Below, piece by piece: positions 27,236 through 36,714 of a stretch of DNA of 41,606 bases. The translations under genes were made by a program, and so were the position numbers. Each line of letters begins with the position of its first letter. Position 1 is the stretch's first letter. The notes under the pieces were generated by a model, which had not been told where the DNA came from, made no database searches, and saw only the letters and a program-made list of their open reading frames with translations. Source of the DNA: Bigelowiella natans CCMP2755. Its lineage: Eukaryota; Protista; Cercozoa. Location of the stretch: NCBI GenBank assembly GCA_000320545.1, contig ADNK01002724.1:1-41606 (forward strand), written 5' to 3'.

Positions 27236-27432
27236 TTGAGTGATGCGACATCCACAATGTCATGTTTTTTAATTGAATTTAAGGCCATTTTGGCACAAAA
27301 TCAAACCCGATGCCATTGCCATGAGCACCCACCTCCTTTCCGCCTCCAGGCACTCTGCTAGGAGGTAGCCTCTGCACGCACAGGCAGAGATGTAGCGGCG
27401 ATAGCAGTGAGGTGATAGGCGGTGAGTGAGAG
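27236..27432. promoter_or_regulatory. Short (~200 bp) bidirectional promoter between MDC1-like and GGCT genes
   Basis: Head-to-head ATGs at 27235 (-) and 27433 (+); TGCGACA at 27244. Confidence 0.5.
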
Positions 27433-28302
27433 ATGAAAAACTTGGCTGCGGTGGCAGCGACATGTGTGGTGCTCCTCTTGGAATATGCGCCGGTGATTAG
27501 GGCAGGAAGAGCGCACTTTCCGACCTTGGCACGCTTGGAAGGCCTGAATGCCCGTAAACCCCGCTGCTCTCGTGCGTTGACTTCGGTTTCTGTGGAGAAA
27601 GTTAAATACTTTGCCTATGGAGCTAACATGGATCCTAAAGTGATGAAAAGACGCGGTGTGCAACTGGAAGATGGAAGCTCTATTCCAGGGATTCTGAGAG
27701 ATCATTCGCTATGCTTTAACCATCAAGGATGTTACGCGAACATCGTTCCTCGATCCGACAGTTTAGCGGCAAGAATCAACAAATTCGACGAGATCATTGG
27801 CCAGTCGCCAAGCGACGTGCATGGAGTAATCTACTTACTGGACCCTGATGACATTAAAAAACTTGCAAAATATGAGGGTGGTTATGTGATAAGCAAGTGT
27901 CGTGTCGAGAAGTACCATCATCATGACGGCGGCACAATGTCGACTAAAGGTGATCTTTCTAACAAGCCTAGCCAGGCCGGAAGCGGCATTTTTGTAGATT
28001 CGGTCATTGTCTTTCAGTCCAGCAAATGGTTCGCTCTCAGAAGGAGGGGTCGCGTACATGGAGACCGCCCATCTGCAATGGGGCTCGTGCCCCGTGAACG
28101 CTATAAGCGCGTCCTGTGTGTTGGTGCAAAGTTTCATGGGCTGGACCGAGGATACCAAGAGTGGTTACGGGCTTTGCCCACTTTAAGTGACGAAGACTTC
28201 AGAGACTTAGGCCGCTATTACTACACAGCTAACTCGTTGCTAACACTAGTTGTATTCATTGGGGTAGGAATTGCCGGGTTCTTTACTTTCCTTAATTCGT
28301 GA
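27433..28302 (+). CDS. Gamma-glutamylcyclotransferase (GGCT/AIG2-like fold), N-terminal signal + transit-like peptide, C-terminal TM anchor, intronless
   Basis: YFAYGANM signature, VHGVIYLL...LAKYEGGY with catalytic-type Glu, PRERYKRVLCVGAKFHGLDRGYQEWL. Hydrophobic N-terminus followed by an R/S/A-rich segment; hydrophobic C-terminus LLTLVVFIGVGIAGFFTFL. Confidence 0.85.
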   Translation: MKNLAAVAATCVVLLLEYAPVIRAGRAHFPTLARLEGLNARKPRCSRALTSVSVEKVKYFAYGANMDPKVMKRRGVQLEDGSSIPGILRDHSLCFNHQGCYANIVPRSDSLAARINKFDEIIGQSPSDVHGVIYLLDPDDIKKLAKYEGGYVISKCRVEKYHHHDGGTMSTKGDLSNKPSQAGSGIFVDSVIVFQSSKWFALRRRGRVHGDRPSAMGLVPRERYKRVLCVGAKFHGLDRGYQEWLRALPTLSDEDFRDLGRYYYTANSLLTLVVFIGVGIAGFFTFLNS

Positions 28303-28479
28303 GCTCTTTCATTATTCGTTTTCCAACAATTATACTTCTACGATAGGCAATGATCTGTGCACGCACACACAGCTTTGCATCCCTGGATCAGATGATAATT
28401 TAGATGATATAGACACAACGTATGTACTCTGCATTTACCTAGCATGTACTGCAACCATAGTTTAACTATCTTCGTACAA

Positions 28480-29310
28480 TGATAACCCAGCTTTAAGTCC
28501 GTTGATTTGAGCCGATTCGAAACATGGCAGTAAACACGCAAGTTTGGCAGGGGACATGTCTAGATTTACACTCACATGCTAGCATGGACAGCGTTGATGA
28601 TGATGACACTTTACAACGCAGCTGTGCACTAGTGCATTGGATTGTATAGCACGCCATTTGCTGCATGTATGCATTCCCATCATCTGCGTGCGGTGTGTTC
28701 CACATGCCACACATCTAGTGTCAGTAAGATGAACAGTGCAAACAATGTACGCAGTAATGCAAGTACAACATCTGGACATACAGCTAGCTATAGCATAGAT
28801 GCTCTACAGCTAGACAGTCTAGTGCGCTGAAATTTTTAAATCACATGATCTAGCTGTGCATCTCTAGACATAGCTAACTAGATAGATAGGCAATACTAGA
28901 ATACTCTAGCTGGCTAGCCAAGCTAGCTAGCTAGATCTCTAGGATCTAGAGGTGCTAGCTAAGCTGAGTGCTTGTAATCAATTCATTGCTTGCTCAAACG
29001 TCCAAAGCTAGCTAGCTAGCAAAGCCAGCTTGTCTGCATTGACATTGCTAGATTTGCATTACACCAACAAACAAATTGCTCACATCTCTAGCCCTCTCTA
29101 CCGTCTAGCCGTGAATAGTTCAGCTTTCTAGCTTTAGTCTAGATCTAGAGATCATGTAAAGTGAAGTAGCATCATATGTTGGGGAAATGGTATGACAAAC
29201 TGGCTAGTATTCATCATTGCGCAGGCTGTAATGAGTAGCTCTCACATCTCAGTGAATGTGGATACGGTGAAGCACATCGCATCAGGATCAGGATGTCTAG
29301 ATGTATGCAA
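28480..29310. repeat. CTAG-rich degenerate tract
   Basis: Very dense ctag/gctagc/tctaga words (e.g. 28906-28960, 29006-29020); non-coding. Confidence 0.45.
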
Positions 29311-29447
29311 ATACGGCCTATAAAAATTTGCTACTAAAAAGAAACATATGCAGTACGCAGTAATGATATAGGCCCAACCGATACATTAACGTTCATAACT
29401 TTAACTTGGTTATCTTTGATGTTGCTAAATTCAAGGCAACAATAACC

Positions 29448-31256
29448 CTACTGTGCTTCAAGGGAGTCCCGGTTGAAGCATTCGGCTGAATTCGCCCATT
29501 GGTTGATTATTGTGGTTGGTGTATTATCAGGATGCGTAATAAGAAGGTGCTGGTACACCGAGTCCCAGTTTTTGATGAGCGTTGAAAGTGGCACATCATT
29601 CTTTGGAAGGAAAGCTCTATCGATCTTCTCCTTAAACCCAAAGAAGTACTCAATTCTCGCTAGTTCAACATCGGTATTGCTACAAAGTTCTCCAAACTCG
29701 ACATTAAGTACTCTGTAGTCCACAATTTTGTTGAGGAACTTCTCTCGTACTTGCTGCTGTTGCGCGATCCAAGAAATACAATCATCAAAGAATTTTTCAG
29801 GAATAACCCACCCGTCAGTAGAGTATTTTCCAGACTTCCTCTGATATTCCTCAAAAATAGAGTAACAATGGCGAAGTCGATTATATCGTGAGAAACTCAC
29901 AATTTTCACGTCTCGTGATTCCACGTATGCCGCAACGTCATCTTCCCGATCCATTGGAATTTCATTAATCATCCACTCGAATCCCAAATACGCCTTAGGC
30001 ACACCTGGAGGTCCCCTTTAAAAATGAATTCATAATACATTAATGCATAATGTATCAGCAATCAGCAATCAGAAAGTAATATAACATACAACATTGATTT
30101 ACCAGAAAAGCATATCTAAAAGCTCTGCAGATTTGTTTGAGTGCATGTTCACATCCTCAGGAAGGGTGTGCGTTGGGTTCCAAGCTGACACACAATCTGA
30201 TAGTTGTGAATAGGTGGGGAAACAACTGTCTTTGTGTGTTAGAACTACGGAATGGTTGGAGAGAAGGGAGTGCAGCATTTCCTCCCCAGAATTCTGAATG
30301 GAAAGGAGGAAGTATTTGATATAGTATTTTGGAGGTTGCGATTCCACTTCTTGCAGAACCGTGGTATTCGTTTCCCTCTGCTCTTCTTCGTTCTTTGGAG
30401 GTTTACTACTTAAAAATTCAGCTTCATTCATATACTTGAGACCAAGTTCACGAGAGATTGTCTCAAACAAATCTACAGCTTCCTCTACGATTGAATTAAC
30501 CGGTCGTAGGGGATCGGTCACTTCGGATGATTCTTGTTCCTCAAACTCTGTAACTCCTGATGTTGGTTCCACATTAGAGTTTTCACTTTGTATTGCGGAC
30601 AAAGGCGTCGTTGGAATCTGGCTTGCAATAGCTGCTGCTTGCTGGTTAGTAATATTGTGTCCTTCGTCATCACTGCTTTGCTTAAAATCAGTATTAGGAT
30701 CATCTAATTGATCTCTTTGAACTTCAGCAACCATCGAGGGTGATTCAGTATCGTAATCCCAGGGCTCTATCTCTGAAATAGATTCGCTAATATGTGGCTT
30801 GGTCTCGATCCCAGTTTCTCTCACAGAGGCTTCGCTTTCAATATTCTGTTTAGCTCCAACGTCGAACAACTGCAATTGTTCATTTTGAGGCTTGACAATG
30901 GTGCTGTCAATAGACCCACTCTCAACGCCTTCTGTAAGTGAATCAGAGTTCAATTTTTCTTGGTTCACATTAGTGCTTAGCATTAAATTTCTTTTCGAAA
31001 GAACGGTAGGTTCATTGATGAAGGTGTCTTGCATCGCTCGAGATGCAGCAATAGCCTCCTCGGTGGCGTCATCGCCGAGCGGTACTAGAGGAGGAACAGT
31101 TACATTGTGGCTTGATTCAAATTGGAGATAGAAAGGATTTACGTCCTCCATCTTAGTTGCTTCTCTGGGGACACGCATCCATACTCCATGTGCTGGGAAG
31201 CCCAGCAGAATGAGCGTCGCCGCAATTGCCACAGGAAGAGTAGAAACGGGAGCCAT
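29448..31256 (-). CDS. Secretory-pathway protein with acidic S/T/E-rich stalk and C-terminal Stf0/NodH-like sulfotransferase fold (exons 30103-31256, 29448-30015)
   Basis: Signal peptide MAPVSTLPVAIAATLILLGFPAHG. YFLLSIQNSGEEMLHSLLSNH resembles the 5'-PSB RSGS..L..LL..HP motif; also LGFEWM, VKIVSFSRYNRLRHCYS (3'-PB-like), LNVEFGELCSNTDVELARIEYFFG and LSTLIKNWDSV. A phase-2 intron joins the two ORFs. Confidence 0.7.
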
Positions 31257-31569
31257 TAGCTCGAATGGAATACAAAAGGCAATTCAGCGCTGGGGCAACA
31301 AAGTGCAGCACAAAGATCTGATTAAAAAAAAGAGAGCAATTTATGATGGAAAAAAGGCCTGAAAACCTGAACTACGACAGCAAATTGCACCACACATCTG
31401 TCAAAAATCGCCCGTGTTGACTTGATGTTATTTCGTGTCGGATGGTGCGTGTGAAATGAAACTGCGAGCATCCATTCTAGCATTGATGTTTTGTCCCATG
31501 ATCTTTTCAGCTGCTCCAATGGAAACACGTGTTTCTTTCTTTCCATCTGTTTTGTTTGTTGTGACTGTT

Positions 31570-32210
31570 CAGACACAGTGTCATGGCAACAATTTCACGC
31601 CGTGCTAGCGTGGGTCACAGCACCAGAGCTAGCTTTTCGTGTGATCAATCCTCCTTCACACTGAAACAAACAAACACGTTTCTGCAAACATCCCTTTGTT
31701 CTGCCTGGACCTCTGCATCTTGTGTGGAACGTTTTGTCTCCCAGTTTGTCCGGTTGCGTGCACCCTTTTCTCATCGAGGATGCTGTTTGCTCTAGTGCTC
31801 TCTGTCTAGCTGTGTTGTCTAGTTGCGGCACGCAGCTTGCTAGCTTGCACTAGTGCATGCACAATGACATCTGAACAGACAAGCCAAAACACACCAAAAC
31901 ACATTGGCATGCACGTCTGAACATGCACAACACACACGTGCTGGCGCATGCACAATTTTCTGTGAAGTCGACTTCTCTTCCACTCATTGCTGCGGAAAGA
32001 GTCGATGAAGATGCAACACAAAATCAAGCAAGCTAGCAAGTGTGCTTTTCATCAAATTTGACAAAAATGAGAGACCGCAATGAATGCGAGCTTTCCATTG
32101 TTGCCACTGCAAGGCTAGCCTAGATTCCTATTGCTGTACTATCGATAAGACATGCTAATTCATACATAATCCGAATGAATTCCTAAAGGCTAACTTGTTA
32201 GCATGCATTC
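31570..32210. repeat. CTAG/CA-TG-rich degenerate tract between sulfotransferase-like and 7TM genes
   Basis: Same word bias as the other tracts; shares the 13-mer CGTGCTAGCGTGG (31601) with ~18450. Confidence 0.4.
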
Positions 32211-32230
32211 CCAACTTTCAGAGGGACCAC

Positions 32231-33548
32231 TTAGCTGCATAATTTCGGCCAAGGACGCCCATAGATATATAACCAATGGTATGAAACGTAAACCATTATG
32301 GCTCTTGCTACCGTGATACTATTTGGCCAGTTGCTTTCTGCATATATTTTTTCGTTTTCTTCCGAATATTTAGCGGAGCTGTTCAAAGCTTGAAGTCCCA
32401 ATGCTAACAACATAACAAACGCGATCACAGAAGTGGTTCCAAAAAAAATAAGAGTATAAATCAATCTGGAATTTAACGCCGATAGTTTGTTGATCCACAC
32501 CAGATTTCCACCAGTCGGAAGCCGTCTATTGAGATTAGCATTTACATTTTTCAGCCAGTTCTCGTCAACGTCTGCTTTAAATGACTTTTCAATAGGAGCA
32601 GCATGAACTTCGTTTATGTTTTCTGTCGTCACAGCTGAGCTTCCAACATTACGTTTCACATAGGAGGGACTAACTAAACGAGTGCTACTAGCGGTCTTCA
32701 ATGCAGAAGAATTGGAATTTCCTTTTAGGGGCAATTTTAATTCAGTGGTGCTATCAACCCGGGTTTGGGTCTGAGGTTCATGTGTCCTAGACTGGCTCTT
32801 AAGAGTTGATACATGAGAATGAATGTTTGTAATCAAAACGTAGCCTGTGTAGAACCCATATGGAGTAATGTGCAAATGCATAGACGCACAAGCTAGAAAT
32901 TGAATAGCCTCGTATCGTTTTTCATCCGTAATGAGAATAGCTGCAAAATAAAAGGCAGGAAACAAATGTTACGATGTCTTCTTCAAAAAGTCAAAACCAT
33001 TCTTTTATTTTTTACCGATCGTGCCTGCAATAGAAGCTATTATGATGTAGGCAATTGTACCATTAAACACAACTTCAAGATGTCTCGGAAGATGCGCAGT
33101 CATTCTTGCAGTGCCATACATGGTCTGCGTTAAGTTCTTAATGATGTAAATTATTGTAACATACATAGTCCCCTAAATACAAAATAATTATCATTTGACT
33201 GAACAATGTTGCTTATATTTCACGTATCAACCAAAAAGTATCCAGTCATTATTTGTATAAGCTGCCAGGGGCCTCTCGTTGGGCCTCGCGGAAGAAGTAT
33301 TGAGAACAAGATAGCTCCAAACATTAATGATGCAGTACCCCTGTGTGCAGGATGTATGTGACAAATTTATCCCCCACTACATTGCTATGTCATGCGCATG
33401 CATTGTGCGTGAGTCAGAATGATTACCAGAGAATTTTAACTCCTGACGTTCCACTCCAAGCCCCTTTTAGATAGATTTTCCATAGAGTCACTGGTAAGGA
33501 AATGCTGCTTGATACCAAAACGAATGCATCGAATGCAGTGGCCCTCAT
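32231..33548 (-). CDS. Orphan seven-transmembrane (GPCR-topology) protein, 365 aa (exons 33427-33548, 33232-33340, 33016-33172, 32231-32940)
   Basis: Exons total 1098 nt with compatible phases (2,0,1). Seven hydrophobic segments: AFDAFVLVSSSISLPVTLW; ILWGTASLMFGAILFSILL; LIQIMTGYFLGTMYVTIIYII; VVFNGTIAYIIIASIAGTIAILI; AIQFLACASMHLHITPYGFYTGYVLI; LIYTLIFFGTTSVIAFVMLLALGL; SITVARAIMVYVSYHWLYIYG. Long S/T-rich loop between TM5 and TM6. Confidence 0.7.
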
Positions 33549-34046
33549 CGTTGTTCCAAGCTCTTCGATGAGGTCGAACTTTTGCCTGTCGGCGTTCAGA
33601 TGATGCGCAGCTATGATAATGTTACGTGCGACAATTGCTATGATAATGTTACGTGCGACAATTATTTTATGTTGTCGCACTTATTTTGTGCGCTAATTTT
33701 GCGAAATTTGCTGATTAACTGATTGAGACTTGGGTCATGATGACCAACAGGTTTTGATGCTGGCAACTTTTTTCCAGCGGAATGCAGCTTCATCGAACGA
33801 TAACTGTGGCAATTCAAGAAGACGACAACATTTCTGCGCATTTTATCAACTGCTGGGACTTTAGTTGTGTGCAATAGATATGCTTCCTTTACGAAGACAT
33901 CATCCGAACTGTGTCGCACAAGATAATTTCAAGGGAATTTGGCTCATCTCTCGCCGGCTGTGATTAGAAATGTTGTGGTTGTCGCAGTTCTAAAATTGAT
34001 GTGATATTAGTATAAATCGTCGGGTATTAGTGCTGTTTTTCAGGCA
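33549..34046. promoter_or_regulatory. Divergent promoter region shared by the 7TM and G-alpha genes
   Basis: Head-to-head orientation; TGCGACA/TGTCGCA at 33627, 33654, 33673, 33912, 33980. Confidence 0.55.
33610..33663. repeat. Perfect 27-bp tandem duplication GCTATGATAATGTTACGTGCGACAATT x2
   Basis: Read directly at 33610-33636 and 33637-33663. Confidence 0.95.
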
Positions 34047-35821
34047 ATGCGATGTTCGGGAAAAATTGTTAATCATGCACTAAATCGAACAATGGGTCCC
34101 CACCTGGCAAAATTGAATTTTGAATTCCCAAATAGAACGAGCTCTCGAACATGATGGTGTTGTTTTTTTAAACTGTACAGGCGCAGGGTTGGCGCGACGA
34201 AAACCGATTGATGCTAGTGATAGGAGTATCATTAAACATATTAATTCCGTGACGTCCACATCAGAGACTGAGCAGGATGAAAAGATACAGAATCCACTGT
34301 TATACTATAGAGAAAAGGTCCTCATCCTTGGAGCATCCCAATGCGGAAAGTCCACAATCTTTAAACAAATGCTACAGCTCTATGGTACTGAAAAGTTTGG
34401 CGACAACAAATTTGACAGGTCTAGTCTGATCGAGATTCTAGAAGATCATTTCGTTCATTGGTTTAGTTCTCTCCTTAAATACCCTGCAATATTTGCAAAC
34501 ATTCCTAGTGGAAACAAATACGTTGGAACTATTAGTAGAAGGGAGCTGTACGAAGTATTAGTTCCTTTTAAAATGGGAAAGTGCATAGTAAATATCGTAC
34601 ATGAATATGATTGCTGGAGAAGTATTTATCACTTAAGCCCTGAGATGGAAAAGTTGAGCGCTGAAACCCTCGAATGTCTTATGGATATGAAGATGCAATC
34701 GAGTGAGAAGGTGCACCTTTGCAAGAACAAATTAGAGAAATTATGGAATTGTCCAGCCATACAGCACGCCTATGAAAGACAAACGGATCCAGGAATAGCC
34801 GAAACGATGCCATATTTCATGGAGAAAGTTTCAAAGATCTTAAACCCGTCTTATCTGCCTACATTCGAAGATTTTTTGAAAGATTGCACTCGAACTAGTG
34901 GACTAGTAGAGGCCAGAATTAGAGATGGCGACATCGAATACGTGACATTCGATTTAGGTGGTGCACGAAGTGAGCGCCGGAAATGGATCCATTGGTAACG
35001 CTAGTTTTTCACATAGTTGCTTCTGCTTATCAAATTGGAAAGATATTACGAATGAATAATCACTCCTCTTAATATTTAAGTGTTTCAGATACTTCGTACA
35101 TAATATTTGTTTCGGCTATTAGTGCATACAATCGGGTTACAGCATTGCTTGCCTTTACATAGCATACTACAAATATGGCTTACTAATTAATACTATTTAG
35201 ACTCTGTTTGAAGACACAAATTCGAATTCGCTCGTAGAGGTTCCAAAAAGTGCTTGTTTGGCGGTATTTGACTAAGATGTCCTTTTTACAGGATATAGAT
35301 CTTTTTTCTGATGTGATCGGTAGCCCTTGGAGTCAAAATGTGCAAGTAATGCTAGTTTTAAATAAGATTGACATATTCAAGGAAAAAATTAAAAGGTAAG
35401 TAGTTGAGAAATGAAACATTGATATTCAAAAACTATGCAGCAACAAATAGTGAGTATTGTAATTCCCAGGGTTCCCATTACAGTGTGTCCCGCCTTGAAA
35501 GGTTATAAAGGGATTCAAACAGGTTAGTAAAAATCTATTATATATTTCTCACACATTACCGCACATTATAAACTGTACATGCTCAGCGGTGTATGCTTTT
35601 ATGCTAAGATTACGAGGCATCATTGCAACATATCAAGGAAAGATTCTTAGAAGTGGCGATGAAATGGGTTCTCCTTTTATTTCATCACCCATTATCAAAA
35701 CTTCAGTTGTTCTCATAATATTTAACAGGATCGAAACTGTGCTCAAAGAATTAAATTAGTTACATTGTGTTCTTTCGATTCGAAAGCCGTTAAGGATGCT
35801 TTTGAATCTTTGCGCAGATGA
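34047..35821 (+). CDS. Heterotrimeric G-protein alpha subunit, catalytically divergent; 5' end uncertain (exons ...-34994, 35081-35135, 35201-35239, 35292-35395, 35470-35522, 35609-35667, 35729-35821)
   Basis: KVLILGASQCGKSTIFKQM, LWNCPAIQHAYER, YLPTFEDFLKDCTRTSGLVE, FDLGGARSERRKWIHC, IIFVSAISAYNRTLFED, LVLNKIDIFKEKI, LCSFDS; six phase-consistent GT-AG introns; stop at 35819-35821. Confidence 0.92.
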
Positions 35822-35929
35822 GATTCACTTGAAGACCCATCAGAAATCAGAACCACATATAAGTGAGAGGTTCGCTCTGCTACATACATTCATTAAATTT
35901 ATCTATTGTATGGATTTGCATTTAATACA

Positions 35930-36690
35930 GCAAGCTTGACATTTGTCATTACTAGATTACATTGCTCGTCAAAGTTACTAAATTAATCAGGCTCAATTGT
36001 AGACATCCACGCACAAACTTTGGGCTTGGCAATTGACACAGCTTCTTGCCACTTGTCACATGTCTAGATCGTCTAGTCTCTAGAGCTAGCTAGAAGGTGA
36101 TGCTGTGTTGTGATGCAGTCTACCAAAATTGGGCTGACAGCTGTGTGAATTAGATTTCTTCGCGCACTTGCCTCTAGATGTGTCTAAGTGTCTAGAGTGC
36201 GCTTAAATTCAATTTGCATCACATCAATCCGTGGATGACTAGATGATTGTAGACCGAACGCAGAGCTCCGCATGGATCACAGCGGCTACGCTAGTTTTCA
36301 CTGAGCAACATTCTAGCATTGAACATTGCTAGATTGCTAGAACAAATGAGCGAGGCTAGGCGTCACTAGCTAGCTAGGTCAATCGAGCACGGCAAAATTT
36401 AGATGTGGATTTCGATCTACTACAACACGACACAACCAACAAACCGTGCTACAAATGAATAATGAATGCAATGCACTGCTATTAGACAACATGCACAGCT
36501 AGACAGCATGCTAGCATGCACGTTGCTAGCAGCTAGGTTGTTGTTGCATTTGTCTAGTCTGTCATCAATATCGTACATTGACATGTAGCCTTTACCATGC
36601 CTCAAATGTGTTGGAAACTTAGTTGTAATGCATTATCTACGCTGGTACGGTTGACTGCCTTACGGCTAGCAGTGTGTTCATCTCTAGATC
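35930..36690. repeat. CTAG-rich degenerate tract
   Basis: Dense tctaga/gctagc words (36062-36095, 36355-36378, 36498-36537); non-coding region between convergent genes. Confidence 0.45.
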
Positions 36691-36714
36691 ATCACTATTA
36701 TGCTTCTATGTCCT

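Noticed and set aside
28900-29150. CTAG words as Helitron 3' ends
   Set aside because: Far too dense, with no clear subterminal hairpin or Rep/helicase coding.
31680-31790. Minus-strand SILDEKRV... faintly chromodomain-like relic
   Set aside because: Too short, interrupted and lacking conserved aromatic residues.
33610-33680. Repeat as a mini-CRISPR
   Set aside because: Two abutting copies with no spacer, eukaryotic context, no cas genes.
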